24,945 nucleotides of DNA from Chloroflexota bacterium (GTDB taxonomy: Bacteria > Chloroflexota > UBA6077 > SHYK01): NCBI GenBank assembly GCA_036505655.1, contig DASXTD010000109.1, positions 1 through 24,945 of the forward strand, written 5' to 3'. Position 1 is the first letter of the stretch. Each line of letters starts with the position of its first letter. The notes under the pieces are model-generated. The model ran no database searches, had not been told where the DNA came from, and saw only the letters and a program-made list of their open reading frames with translations. The position numbers and the translations under genes are program-made. Below are positions 9,179 through 19,200 of this stretch, piece after piece.

Positions 9179-9816
9179 TATTCTTCTCCGCCGGCACTCG
9201 TGGTTCGGGTCTTCTTGATCATGAGCAACCCGCCCCGTGGCCCCGGAACCCCGCCCTTGACCGCCAACAAATTGCGCTCAGCGTCAACCGCGAGCACTTC
9301 CAGGTTTTTCACAGTCACTCGCCTTGCGCCCATATGCCCGGCCATGCGGGTCCCAGGAAGAACTCGACCCGGCGTGGTGCCAGCGCCAATTGCACCTGGT
9401 GCGCGCCAACGGTCCGACTGGCCGTGCGTCTTGGGCCCACCGTGGAACCCATGGCGGCGCATGCCGCCGGCGAAGCCGCGTCCCTTGGAGACACCGATGA
9501 CGTGTACCTCCTCGCCCGGCGTAAACAAGGAGACATCGAACTTGTCTCCCACACCCACAGAGGCGCCGGGCTCCGCCGCGACCTCTCTCAGATACCGCAA
9601 CGGCGGTGCGTCTTTCAGGTGGCCGAGCTTTGGCTTCGACAGTCGTTTGGACTCCACGTAGCCGATCTGGACCGCTTCGTATCCGTCTCGCTCGACGCTC
9701 TTGATCTGGGTAACCTGGCATGGCCCGACCGAAAGTACTGTGGTAGCAACCACTTCGCCCTTCTCGTCTACGACGCGTCCCATGGATATCTTGCGCCCGA
9801 GCAACGCCTGGATCAC
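9178..9816 (-). CDS. rplC: 50S ribosomal protein L3
   Basis: GTG start; LGRKISM...DGYEAVQIG...SKGRGFAGGMRRHGF...PGRVLPGTRMAGHMG. Confidence 0.98.
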   Translation of the reverse strand: MIQALLGRKISMGRVVDEKGEVVATTVLSVGPCQVTQIKSVERDGYEAVQIGYVESKRLSKPKLGHLKDAPPLRYLREVAAEPGASVGVGDKFDVSLFTPGEEVHVIGVSKGRGFAGGMRRHGFHGGPKTHGQSDRWRAPGAIGAGTTPGRVLPGTRMAGHMGARRVTVKNLEVLAVDAERNLLAVKGGVPGPRGGLLMIKKTRTTSAGGEE

Positions 9817-9826
9817 CGGCCCGTCC

Positions 9827-10141
9827 TCATAGCTTGATCTCGATGTCGACGCCCGAGGCCAGGTTCAGCCGCATGAGCGCATCAATGGTCCTCGGACTCG
9901 GCTCGAGCACATCGATCAACCGCTTGTGGGTCCTCAACTCGAATTGCTCGCGCGAATCCTTATCGATGAAAGGACCCCGGATAACGCAGAACTTCTCCAT
10001 CTGGGTTGGCAGCGGCACCGGTCCAGCTACCTGCGCACCCGTGCGTTCGGCGGTCTCTACGATCTGCCGCGCCGCCTGGTCCAGGCTTTTGTGGTCGAAT
10101 GACTTCAAGCGGATGCGGATCCGCTGGCGAACTCGAGCCAT
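9827..10141 (-). CDS. rpsJ: 30S ribosomal protein S10
   Basis: [15 protein letters not shown]...GPVPLPT...[18 protein letters not shown]. Confidence 0.98.
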   Translation of the reverse strand: MARVRQRIRIRLKSFDHKSLDQAARQIVETAERTGAQVAGPVPLPTQMEKFCVIRGPFIDKDSREQFELRTHKRLIDVLEPSPRTIDALMRLNLASGVDIEIKL

Positions 10142-10225
10142 TAGTGCCTCATTCCTAAATTACCAAAAATCCCGTTAGGTCCATATCGAACCAACCCGCC
10201 CGCTCGAAGCAGGCCGTGCCTGTGC

Positions 10226-11425
10226 TCAGACGGCGACCTCGGTGACCACGCCGGCGCCCACCGTACGACCACCCTCGCGAATGGCGAAATGGAGTCCTTC
10301 CTCGATCGCGACTGGGTCGATCAGCTCGATTTCCATCCGGATATTATCGCCGGGCATTACCATCTCTACGCCTTCGGGCAGCTTGATATTGCCGGTAACG
10401 TCGGTGGTCCGAATGTAGAACTGGGGGCGATAGCCGCTGAAGAACGGCGTGTGCCGGCCGCCTTCTTCCTTGCTCAGCACATAAACCTCAGCCACCGCCT
10501 TCTTGGCGGGACGGATACTGCCCGGCTTGGCGAGCACCATGCCCCGGCCTACGTCCTCGCGCTCAATGCCACGCAGGAGGCAACCCACGTTATCGCCCGC
10601 TTCGCCGTAATCCAGGATCTTGCGGAACATCTCAACGCCGGTCACAACCGTCTTCCGGGTCTCGCCCATGCCGACGATCTCTACTTCTTCGCCGACTTTC
10701 ACCGCACCGCGCTCCACTCGCCCAGTTACGACCGTTCCGCGGCCCTTGATCCCAAATACGTCTTCAATCGGCATCAGGAAGGGCTTATCTTTGGCGCGTA
10801 CTGGGGTCGGGATATAGCTGTCCACAGCCGCCATGAGCTCGTGAATGCACTTGTACTCTTCCGAGTCTGGGTCCTGGGAGGTGCTTTCTAGCGCTTTGAG
10901 GGCGCTGCCTCGAACAATCGGAATCTCGTCGCCTGGGAAGTTGTACTTGGAGAGCAGCTCACGCAGCTCCATCTCGACCAGCTCGAGCAGCTCTGGATCG
11001 TCCATCATATCCACTTTATTCAAGAATACGACCATCGCAGGCACTTCTACCTGCCTGGCCAGCAGGACGTGCTCGCGAGTCTGGGGCATTGGGCCATCTG
11101 GAGCGGCCACTACCAGGATGGCGCCGTCCATTTGGGCGGCGCCGGTGATCATGTTCTTGATGTAGTCAGCATGGCCCGGGCAGTCCACGTGCGCGTAGTG
11201 GCGATTTTCGGTCTCGTATTCGACGTGCGCAATTGCGATCGTGATACCACGCGCGCGTTCCTCGGGCGCATTGTCGATAGAGTCGAAGCTCCGGAAGGTC
11301 GCCTCGCCCTTCATGGCCAGCGTCTTGGTGATAGCGGCGGTTAACGTTGTCTTGCCGTGGTCGATGTGGCCGATCGTCCCCACGTTGACGTGGGGCTTGG
11401 TCCGCTCAAACTTCTGCTTTGCCAT
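10226..11425 (-). CDS. tuf: Elongation factor Tu
   Basis: ATG at 11425 after GGAGG SD: [54 protein letters not shown]. Confidence 0.99.
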   Translation of the reverse strand: MAKQKFERTKPHVNVGTIGHIDHGKTTLTAAITKTLAMKGEATFRSFDSIDNAPEERARGITIAIAHVEYETENRHYAHVDCPGHADYIKNMITGAAQMDGAILVVAAPDGPMPQTREHVLLARQVEVPAMVVFLNKVDMMDDPELLELVEMELRELLSKYNFPGDEIPIVRGSALKALESTSQDPDSEEYKCIHELMAAVDSYIPTPVRAKDKPFLMPIEDVFGIKGRGTVVTGRVERGAVKVGEEVEIVGMGETRKTVVTGVEMFRKILDYGEAGDNVGCLLRGIEREDVGRGMVLAKPGSIRPAKKAVAEVYVLSKEEGGRHTPFFSGYRPQFYIRTTDVTGNIKLPEGVEMVMPGDNIRMEIELIDPVAIEEGLHFAIREGGRTVGAGVVTEVAV

Positions 11426-11469
11426 GGGGCGCACCTCCGGTGGTCAATTAAAACAGGAACCTTGTGTGC

Positions 11470-11507
11470 AAAAAAACGCCGCGGGCCATCATCTTGCACC
11501 CGCGCGC
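11470..11507 (-). terminator. Intrinsic-terminator-like hairpin plus U7 in the fusA-tuf spacer
   Basis: mRNA GCG-CGCGGGU-(11-nt loop)-GCCCGCG-G-CG-UUUUUUU, ending ~45 nt before the tuf ATG. Confidence 0.6.
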
Positions 11508-11515
11508 AAAAACTC

Positions 11516-11524
11516 AGTTTAACA
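11516..11524 (-). promoter_or_regulatory. Candidate extended -10 promoter element upstream of tuf
   Basis: Minus strand TG-T-TAAACT in an AT-rich patch; no good -35. Confidence 0.4.
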
Positions 11525-11631
11525 AAATGCCGTGCTTCACGCCATGAGGCGCAGCGAAGCAGAGCCGTCTCGGGACCGACAGCCGAGGGCGTGCGCTGGC
11601 TTCCGGCCGTTAAATCTGCGCGAGGCTCTCG

Positions 11632-11649
11632 GGCCGGGCCTTCCCGGCC
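11632..11649. other. Perfect 7-bp hairpin right after the fusA stop
   Basis: GGCCGGG-CCTT-CCCGGCC. Confidence 0.6.
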
Positions 11650-11652
11650 AGC

Positions 11653-13701
11653 TTAGTGGGTAAGAACCTCTTTGGAGGCTGGCTCATACTGAGAGAACTC
11701 CATCGAGAAGCTCCCTCGTCCCTGCGTCAGGGAACGCAGGCGCGTCGCGTAGCCAAACATCTCCGCCAACGGAACTCTGGCTTTGATCGTGTGCGCACCG
11801 GCTCGCGCGTCCATACCTTCGATGCGGCCCCGACGTCCGTTCAGATCGCCCACCACATCGCCCAAGAACGATTCCGGGACCACCACCTCGATACTCATGA
11901 TGGGCTCTAGGAGCTGCGGCTTGGCCCGCTCTACAGCTCGCTTCAGCGCCATGGATCCTGCCCGCTTGAATGCGATTTCCGAGGAGTCGACCTCGTGGTA
12001 TGACCCATCCACCAGCGTGACCTTCATGTCGACCAGAGGGTAGCCAGACACGACGCCGCCCTCCATCGCTTCCTGAACACCCGCCTTGACCGCTGGGATG
12101 TATTCGCGCGGTATGGTGCCGCCCACGGTTTTGTCGACAAACTCGTAGCCACCACCCGGCTCGAGTGGCTCCACCTCCAGCCAGACATCGCCGTACTGGC
12201 CGTGTCCACCTGTCTGATGGACGTAGCGGCCCTGTTCTTTGGCCCGCTGAGTGATCGTCTCGCGATAGGCCACCTGCGGTCGCCCTACTCGAGCATCAAC
12301 CTTGAACTCGCGGACCAGTCGATCGGCGATGACCTCGAGATGCAGTTCTCCCATGCCCGAGATAACGGTCTGGCCAGTCTCAGGATCCGTGCGTACCCGG
12401 AAGGTGGGGTCCTCTTCACTGAGGCGGCCTAGCGCATTGGCCATTTTGTCCTGGTCAGCCTTGGTCCGCGGTTCGATGGACATCGCGATGACTGGCTCCG
12501 GAAACCGCGGGCGCTCTAGGACGACCGGCTTATTAGGGTCGCAAAGGGTATCGCCCGTTACCGTGAACTTGAGACCCACCGCGGCCGCGATATTGCCGGC
12601 GGAAACCTGGTCAACTTCCTCGCGATGATTCGCGTGCATGCGGAGCAGCCGGCTGATTCGTTCCTTCTCGTCCTTGTTCGGGTTGTAGACGTAGGATCCG
12701 CTTTTGATTACCCCTGAGTACACCCGCAGGTACGAGAGCTTGCCCACAAAGGGGTCCGACACAATTTTGAACGCGAGGGCAGCCATTGGTTCCTCGGGAA
12801 GGGCTCGCCGCGCTTCCACCTCGCCCGTGACCGGATGGATGCCCGCCATCGGTGGCACATCCAGCGGCGAGGGAAGGTAATCCACGATCGCGTCGAGCAG
12901 TGGCTGGATGCCTTTGTTGCGTAGGGAAGCACCACACAAGACCGGCACCAGCTTCCCATCGATCGTTGCCTGGCGCAGACCTTTACGCAGCGCATCCAGG
13001 CTGACTTCACGCCCCTCCAGGTACTCGTGGAGCAGGGCATCGTCCTGCTCTACGATGGCTTCGATCAAGGTCGAACGCGCCGTCTCGACCTTTTCGGCGA
13101 GCTCGGGTGGCACGTCGCCTTCAACGGGCGCATTGTCGACATCCCCGGTCCACCGCCAAGAACGGCGTTCGAACAGATCGATGACGCCCTCGAAGGCCGA
13201 CTCACTGCCGATCGGCAACTGAATAGGGATGGGGTTGGCACCGAGACGTTCCACAATCATGGCGACTGTCCGCTCGAAGTCGGCGCCGGCCCGGTCCATC
13301 TTGTTCACGAAACAGATGCGGGGCACCTCGTACTTGTCCGCCTGCCGCCATACTGTTTCGGATTGCGGCTCGACGCCCGCCACGCCATCAAACACGACCA
13401 CCCCGCCGTCCAGCACACGCAGGGAGCGCTCAACCTCTACCGTGAAGTCCACGTGCCCCGGCGTGTCGATAATGTTGATAGTGCAATCACGCCATTCGGT
13501 GATGGTGGCCGCGGCAGTGATCGTGATGCCGCGTTCGCGCTCCTGCGCCATCCAGTCCATGACCGCGGTGCCCTCGTCCACACCCCCCATCTTAGTGATG
13601 CGGCGCGTGCAGAAGAGGATTCGCTCGGTGGTGGTGGTCTTGCCAGCATCGATATGAGCGATAACGCCGATATTACGAATCCGGTGCATATCTATCGACA
13701 T
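11653..13701 (-). CDS. fusA: Elongation factor G
   Basis: [43 protein letters not shown]; 682 aa; between rpsG and tuf. Confidence 0.98.
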   Translation of the reverse strand: MSIDMHRIRNIGVIAHIDAGKTTTTERILFCTRRITKMGGVDEGTAVMDWMAQERERGITITAAATITEWRDCTINIIDTPGHVDFTVEVERSLRVLDGGVVVFDGVAGVEPQSETVWRQADKYEVPRICFVNKMDRAGADFERTVAMIVERLGANPIPIQLPIGSESAFEGVIDLFERRSWRWTGDVDNAPVEGDVPPELAEKVETARSTLIEAIVEQDDALLHEYLEGREVSLDALRKGLRQATIDGKLVPVLCGASLRNKGIQPLLDAIVDYLPSPLDVPPMAGIHPVTGEVEARRALPEEPMAALAFKIVSDPFVGKLSYLRVYSGVIKSGSYVYNPNKDEKERISRLLRMHANHREEVDQVSAGNIAAAVGLKFTVTGDTLCDPNKPVVLERPRFPEPVIAMSIEPRTKADQDKMANALGRLSEEDPTFRVRTDPETGQTVISGMGELHLEVIADRLVREFKVDARVGRPQVAYRETITQRAKEQGRYVHQTGGHGQYGDVWLEVEPLEPGGGYEFVDKTVGGTIPREYIPAVKAGVQEAMEGGVVSGYPLVDMKVTLVDGSYHEVDSSEIAFKRAGSMALKRAVERAKPQLLEPIMSIEVVVPESFLGDVVGDLNGRRGRIEGMDARAGAHTIKARVPLAEMFGYATRLRSLTQGRGSFSMEFSQYEPASKEVLTH

Positions 13702-13710
13702 TTGTGCTAG

Positions 13711-14181
13711 CTACCAGCGGTAATGCGCGAAGGCCCGGTTTGCCTCTGCCATCTTGTGAATATCTTCGCGGCGCTTCACGGTTGCGCCAATGCCGCGGGA
13801 GGCATCCAGGAGCTCTCCGGCGAGCTTATCCGCCATCGTTCGTCCCGTCCGCGCCCGCGCTGATCCGATGAGCCACCGCATGGCCAGCGACACCCGCCGT
13901 TCGCCGCGAATCTCCACCGGGACCTGGTAAGTGGCCCCGCCGACTCGGCGGGGCTTAACTTCGAGGATCGGGGTAACATTGCGCATGGCCTGCTCGAAGA
14001 TGTCGATGGGATTCTGACGCGTCTGCCGCTCCACCCCATCGAGTGCCGTGTAGACGATTCGTTCAGCGAGGCCCTTCTTGCCGCGCAGCATGAGTCGGTT
14101 AATGAACTTCTGCAGCGTGCGGCTCCCAAATTTGGGGTCCGGCGGGATGTCTCGCCGAACCACCTTCGACCGTCTTGGCAT
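13711..14181 (-). CDS. rpsG: 30S ribosomal protein S7
   Basis: MPRR...[17 protein letters not shown]...[15 protein letters not shown]. Confidence 0.99.
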   Translation of the reverse strand: MPRRSKVVRRDIPPDPKFGSRTLQKFINRLMLRGKKGLAERIVYTALDGVERQTRQNPIDIFEQAMRNVTPILEVKPRRVGGATYQVPVEIRGERRVSLAMRWLIGSARARTGRTMADKLAGELLDASRGIGATVKRREDIHKMAEANRAFAHYRW

Positions 14182-14197
14182 GTCACCTTCCCTTGTT

Positions 14198-14217
14198 AAA
14201 CGACCCCAGGGTCGTTT
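14198..14217. promoter_or_regulatory. Hairpin just upstream of the rpsG Shine-Dalgarno (candidate translational operator)
   Basis: AAACGACC-CCAG-GGTCGTTT perfect 8-bp inverted repeat, ending 5 nt before AAGGGAAGGUGAC-AUG on the mRNA. Confidence 0.45.
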
Positions 14218-14315
14218 TCGTTAAACAGTTTCATTTTCTGATTCGAAGGTCAACGTTCGAGAAGACTTTGCGCGCCCGGGACCATTAAGCTTTGAACGCG
14301 ACCCGTCGACCTAGT

Positions 14316-14747
14316 TTAGTGCCGGCCCCCGGGGCCTTCCTCGGCTTTGGTTCCGTACTTGGAGCGGCCCTGCTTGCGATCGCGCACACCCTGCGCATCG
14401 AGAGCACCGCGTATCACATGATAGCGGACGCCGGGCAGGTCTTTCACTCGGCCGCCTCGAATCAGCACCACCGAGTGCTCCTGCAAGTTGTGCCCCTCAC
14501 CCGGAATGTAGGCGGTCACCTCCATCCCGTTCGAGAGTCGCACGCGGGCGATCTTCCGCAGGGCCGAGTTTGGCTTCTTGGGCGTCATGGTCTTGACCTG
14601 GATGCAGACGCCCCGCTTTTGCGGTGACCACCGCGACGCGATCAACTTGCCTTTGAGCGAATTCAGCCCAAATCCGAGGGCGGGCGCCTTCGTCTTCTTC
14701 TTGGTTGGTTTGCGACCCTTGCGGATCAGCTGATTGATGGTCGGCAT
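14316..14747 (-). CDS. rpsL: 30S ribosomal protein S12
   Basis: MPTINQL...PQKRGVC...[11 protein letters not shown]...[13 protein letters not shown]. Confidence 0.99.
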   Translation of the reverse strand: MPTINQLIRKGRKPTKKKTKAPALGFGLNSLKGKLIASRWSPQKRGVCIQVKTMTPKKPNSALRKIARVRLSNGMEVTAYIPGEGHNLQEHSVVLIRGGRVKDLPGVRYHVIRGALDAQGVRDRKQGRSKYGTKAEEGPGGRH

Positions 14748-17700
14748 CTACTCTTCACCCCCCACATCGCTGGGCTCTTCTTCTGACAACTCAGCTCCAT
14801 CAGCGCTGCTATCCAGATCCGAAACTGGCTCCGACCCTTCGTCCTCGGGCACCAGCCCTTCGACGTCCTCCAGCAGCAGGGTAGGCCCGGTGATGTCGCG
14901 ATCCTCGAACCCGCTAGTATCGAGGAACGCTGCGACAGCTTCTTGAGCCAACTGCCGTTCGCGCCGCGCTTCGAGGCGCGCAACCAGGCCCGATCCAGCC
15001 GGGATGAGCTTGCCGATGATAACGTTCTCCTTGAGTCCCATCAGGTGGTCCACCTTGCCCATCAGGGCCGCATCGGTCAAGACGCGGGTGGTTTCCTGGA
15101 AGGAGGCGGCCGCCAGGAAGCTTTCCGTGCTTAGCGAAGCTTTCGTGACGCCGAGCAGTACTGGATGGGCCGTCGCAGGTTCACCGCCCTCGGCCAGCAC
15201 CTCGCGGTTGATCTCTTCGTATTCGAAGCGGTCAACCAGCTCATCGCGCAGAAGACTGGTATCGCCGGGCTCGTCCACCCGCAGCTTGCGGAGCATCTGG
15301 CGAACGATGACTTCGATGTGCTTGTCGTTGATGGTCACACCCTGGCCGCGGTACACGGCCTGGATCTCGTCCACCAGGTAGCGCTGCACCGCTTCGCGAC
15401 CCTGGATGCTGAGGATCTCCTGCGGGTCTTTCGCGCCTTCAGTGATCTGCTCGCCCGCGCTCACGACCTGTTGGTCTTCGACGTTGATGCGCACCTGCGG
15501 GGGAACGCGATACTCGCGCTCCTCGCGCTCTTCTGCGACCACAGCGATGGTGGCGAGATGCCCTCGCTTGGCCGGCTCCAGTTCGACGGTTCCAGAGAGT
15601 TGGGCCACGATGGGCACTGGACCCTCTTTGTCAGACTCCGCGAGCGCCTGTCCCGCGTCCACCCACTGGCCAGGAATGACCTGAATCGTGTACTTGGCCG
15701 GCACTTCATGGTCGTCGCGGTACGTCTCACGCGAAACCACGCGCAAGACGCGCGTGTCATCGGTTCGGCCTAGCTCGACTGTACCGTCAATCTCCGACAG
15801 CAGCGCCTTGCCCTTGGGCTGGCGAGCCTCGAACAGCTCCTCCACGCGGGGGAGACCACTGGTGATATCCAACCCAGCGACGCCGCCCGTATGGAACGTG
15901 CGCATCGTCAGCTGCGTGCCTGGCTCGCCGATCGACTGAGCGGCTACAATTCCGACCGCATCGCCAATCTTGACCAGGCTCCGAGTCCCCAGGTGCCAGC
16001 CGTAGCACTTCTGGCAGATGCCATAACGGGATTCGCAGGTCAGCGGTGAACGCAACGGAAGCGGGCGGAGCAACTTGGCCGCGGCGATGCGGTCGCGAAT
16101 ATCCTCGTCGATGACCTCTCCAAGTTCCACCACGACCTCGCCGGTTTCTTCGTCGATCACGGGGCCAGTAGGCACCCGTCCGACCAGCTGCTCGAGGCGA
16201 GCATGTCGCCTGTCAGGATCATTCAGATCCTCAACCCAGACGCCGTTCTCGGTGCCGCAATCCTCGTCGTAGACGATGATGCTCTGCGCCACATCCACCA
16301 GGCGGCGGGTTAGATAGCCCGAGTCCGACGTCTTAATGGCGGTATCGGCGAGTCCCTTGCGGGCTCCGTGCGTCGAGAGGAAGTATTCGAGCACGGACAA
16401 CCCATCACGGAAGCTCGACTTGATTGGCAGCTCGATGATGCGACCAGACGGATCGGCCATAAGGCCGCGCATGCCGCTCATCTGAGAGATCTGCTGGATA
16501 TTTCCCTTGGCGCCCGACTGGGCCATCATGTGGACCGAGTCAAAGGGATCCAGGCACGCGGCCACCGCTTTGGTGACCTCGTCCTTGGCCTGCGACCAGA
16601 TCTGCACCACCGCCTCGTATCGCTCCTCATCGCTGATTAGGCCGCGGCGGTAGTCGCGCTCGATCTGAGTGACTTCTTTTTCGGCGGCTGCCACGATGGC
16701 CGGCTTTTCATCCGGGATTCGGATGTCGCCCACCGCGATCGTGATTCCAGACACGGTGGCGAAATGGAAGCCGAGCGTCTTGATCGCATCCAGAATGTTC
16801 GCACCAATGTCGTTGCCGTATTTGCGGAGGATGGAGGCCACCAGGATCTTCAATCCGCCTTTATCCGTCACCTCATTGAGGAACGGCAGAGGCTCTGCTT
16901 CCGCGTCCTGCAGAACCCTTCCCAGGGCGTCGTTAAACAGAACACGCCCGGGGCTGGTCTTGATGCGGTGCGTTCCGCCCTCACCATTGGGTACGGAGAT
17001 CTCGACTTCGGCACGGAGATCAATCTGGCCGAGCTCGTAGGCGAGACGCGCATCGTCCGGGTCCGCGAAAGAACGGCCCTCCCCGTGGCCGCCAGGCCGA
17101 ATCATGGTCAGGTAGTAGCAGCCCAAAACGATGTCTAGCGTGGGAGCCGCCACTGGCTCGCCGTTCGAAGGCTGGATCAGGTTCCGGGTGGAAAGCATTA
17201 ACGTTTGTGCTTCGTGCTTGGCCGCCTTGGATAGCGGCACGTGCACGGCCATCTGGTCTCCATCGAAGTCCGCGTTGAACGCCGCGCACACCAGTGGATG
17301 AAGCTGAATGGCGCTTCCCTCGATCAGAATCGGCTGGAAGGCTTGAATTCCCAGGCGGTGCAGCGTGGGAGCGCGGTTGAGCAGCACCGGGTGATTTTGG
17401 ATCACCTCTTCGAGCACGTCCCATACTTCGGGTCGCACCCGTTCCACCACTCGCTTCGCGCTCTTGATGTTATGGACGATTCCCTGCTCGACCAACCGTT
17501 CCATCACGAACGGCTTGAACAGCTCCAGGGCCATTTTCTTGGGCAATCCACACTCGCCAAGTTTGAGTTGAGGTCCGACCACAATGACCGAGCGGCCCGA
17601 GTAGTCCACTCGCTTGCCCAGCAAGTTCTGGCGGAAGCGACCTTGCTTGCCCTTGAGCATATCGGACAGACTCTTGAGCTTGTGGTTCGTCGACCCCGCT

Positions 17701-19151
17701 ACCGCACGTCCGTGCCGTCCGTTATCGATCAGCGAATCCACGGCTTCCTGCAGCATGCGCTTCTCGTTGCGCACGATGATCTCCGGCGCCCCCAGCTCTT
17801 CGAGCCGACGCAGACGGTTATTGCGGTTGATCACGCGCCGATACAAATCATTCAGATCGCTGGTCGCAAACCGTCCGCCGTCCAGCTGCACCATGGGGCG
17901 TAGGTCCGGAGGGAGAACGGGCAGCGCAGTCAAGACCATCCACTCCGGATGGTTGCCTGACTTTCGGAATGCTTCAACGATGCGCAGACGCTTGGTCGCC
18001 TTTTTGCGCCGCTGGCCGGACGAAGAGTGCATCTCACCGCGCAGCTCTAGAGCGAGTGCCTCGAGATCGATGTATCGGAGCAGATCGCGCACGGCCTCGG
18101 CGCCCATGCCCGCTTTGAATAGCGGCCGATACTCTTTTTGCAAATCGCGATATTCGCCCTCGTTGAGAGTCTGGCGCAGCTTGATCGACTCCATGACCTT
18201 GATACGAGCCTCGCCTAGCGCCTTCGACTGATCTTCTTCCGCCTTGACCTTCACGGCAAGCAGTGAGCGTTCCTCATCAACCTGCACGCTCACCTGCATT
18301 GTGTCGGCCTCTGCCCGAGTCTGGAAACGATCTCGCTCATTTTCAAATTCAGTCTCGATACGCTCCAGCTCGCGCTCCAGCACGTGCCGCAGCTCGGTCT
18401 GGTGGTCGGTCTCCACGACCGCCGCCGTGCCCACCACGATCTCGCCGGTCGGCTCGAACACAATCGGCTCGGGCGTGGGTTGCTGCATCAACGTGTTCAG
18501 CAGCTCGTCGGTATACTGACCCGCCTCGGTTACCCGGTTGACCTCAGCCTCTTTGCGGGCCTCCAGCTCCCCCAGTCGCTGCTCCAGGTGCGACTGGATC
18601 TCATGCAGCTTCTCATCGCGGGCGGTGCGCAGCTCTTCTTCGCGCTCGGCACCCGCGCGGCGGGCGCGCTCGATGCGCTCCTCGATTTCGGCCCGAATCC
18701 GCGCCACTTCCTTCTGGCGGCCAGGCTCATTGACGTCAGTCACGATGTACTTTGCGAAGTAGAGGACCTGCTCCAGGGTTCGCGGCGTTATGTCGAGCAA
18801 CAGGCCAATACGACTGGGCGTGCCTCGGACGAACCAGATATGTGTGACCGGCGAGGCCAGGACGATGTGGCCCATGCGCTCGCGGCGCACCTTCGCCCGG
18901 GTGACTTCGACGCCGCACTTGTCACAGACGACGCCGCGGTAGCGGACCCGCTTGTACTTCCCGCAGGAGCATTCCCAGTCCTTGGTGGGCCCGAAAATTC
19001 GCTCACAGAAGAGGCCATCCCGCTCTGGCTTGAGCGTCCGATAGTTGATCGTCTCAGGCTTGCGCACCTCTCCCCGTGACCACTGCTTGATCTGGTCCGG
19101 TGAAGCCAGCCGAATCCGGACCGCGTTGAAATTGTTGACCTCTATCGCCAT
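14748..19151 (-). CDS. rpoC: DNA-directed RNA polymerase subunit beta'
   Basis: Zn-finger CSCGKYK...[23 protein letters not shown], catalytic NADFDGD, bridge helix/trigger loop [12 protein letters not shown]; 1467 aa. Confidence 0.99.
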   Translation of the reverse strand: MAIEVNNFNAVRIRLASPDQIKQWSRGEVRKPETINYRTLKPERDGLFCERIFGPTKDWECSCGKYKRVRYRGVVCDKCGVEVTRAKVRRERMGHIVLASPVTHIWFVRGTPSRIGLLLDITPRTLEQVLYFAKYIVTDVNEPGRQKEVARIRAEIEERIERARRAGAEREEELRTARDEKLHEIQSHLEQRLGELEARKEAEVNRVTEAGQYTDELLNTLMQQPTPEPIVFEPTGEIVVGTAAVVETDHQTELRHVLERELERIETEFENERDRFQTRAEADTMQVSVQVDEERSLLAVKVKAEEDQSKALGEARIKVMESIKLRQTLNEGEYRDLQKEYRPLFKAGMGAEAVRDLLRYIDLEALALELRGEMHSSSGQRRKKATKRLRIVEAFRKSGNHPEWMVLTALPVLPPDLRPMVQLDGGRFATSDLNDLYRRVINRNNRLRRLEELGAPEIIVRNEKRMLQEAVDSLIDNGRHGRAVAGSTNHKLKSLSDMLKGKQGRFRQNLLGKRVDYSGRSVIVVGPQLKLGECGLPKKMALELFKPFVMERLVEQGIVHNIKSAKRVVERVRPEVWDVLEEVIQNHPVLLNRAPTLHRLGIQAFQPILIEGSAIQLHPLVCAAFNADFDGDQMAVHVPLSKAAKHEAQTLMLSTRNLIQPSNGEPVAAPTLDIVLGCYYLTMIRPGGHGEGRSFADPDDARLAYELGQIDLRAEVEISVPNGEGGTHRIKTSPGRVLFNDALGRVLQDAEAEPLPFLNEVTDKGGLKILVASILRKYGNDIGANILDAIKTLGFHFATVSGITIAVGDIRIPDEKPAIVAAAEKEVTQIERDYRRGLISDEERYEAVVQIWSQAKDEVTKAVAACLDPFDSVHMMAQSGAKGNIQQISQMSGMRGLMADPSGRIIELPIKSSFRDGLSVLEYFLSTHGARKGLADTAIKTSDSGYLTRRLVDVAQSIIVYDEDCGTENGVWVEDLNDPDRRHARLEQLVGRVPTGPVIDEETGEVVVELGEVIDEDIRDRIAAAKLLRPLPLRSPLTCESRYGICQKCYGWHLGTRSLVKIGDAVGIVAAQSIGEPGTQLTMRTFHTGGVAGLDITSGLPRVEELFEARQPKGKALLSEIDGTVELGRTDDTRVLRVVSRETYRDDHEVPAKYTIQVIPGQWVDAGQALAESDKEGPVPIVAQLSGTVELEPAKRGHLATIAVVAEEREEREYRVPPQVRINVEDQQVVSAGEQITEGAKDPQEILSIQGREAVQRYLVDEIQAVYRGQGVTINDKHIEVIVRQMLRKLRVDEPGDTSLLRDELVDRFEYEEINREVLAEGGEPATAHPVLLGVTKASLSTESFLAAASFQETTRVLTDAALMGKVDHLMGLKENVIIGKLIPAGSGLVARLEARRERQLAQEAVAAFLDTSGFEDRDITGPTLLLEDVEGLVPEDEGSEPVSDLDSSADGAELSEEEPSDVGGEE

Positions 19152-19200
19152 GCCACACTCCCACCTACTACGCTACAGCCCAACGTGATATCCGTCCCAT

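Noticed and set aside
10157-10165. TG-G-TAATTT extended -10 upstream of rpsJ
   Set aside because: No -35, and it would leave only a ~9-nt leader. It is plausible but not distinguishable from the AT-rich translation-initiation region.
14225-14255. TTGACC on the minus strand in the rpsL-rpsG spacer as an internal promoter
   Set aside because: There is no TAnnnT at 16-18 nt spacing.
14222-14290. 11-codon ORF MVPGAQSLLER on the minus strand in the rpsL-rpsG spacer
   Set aside because: No SD and no coupling to either neighbour; this length is expected by chance.
14440-14590. Streptomycin-resistance substitutions in S12
   Set aside because: PKKPNSA and RVKDLPG are wild type.
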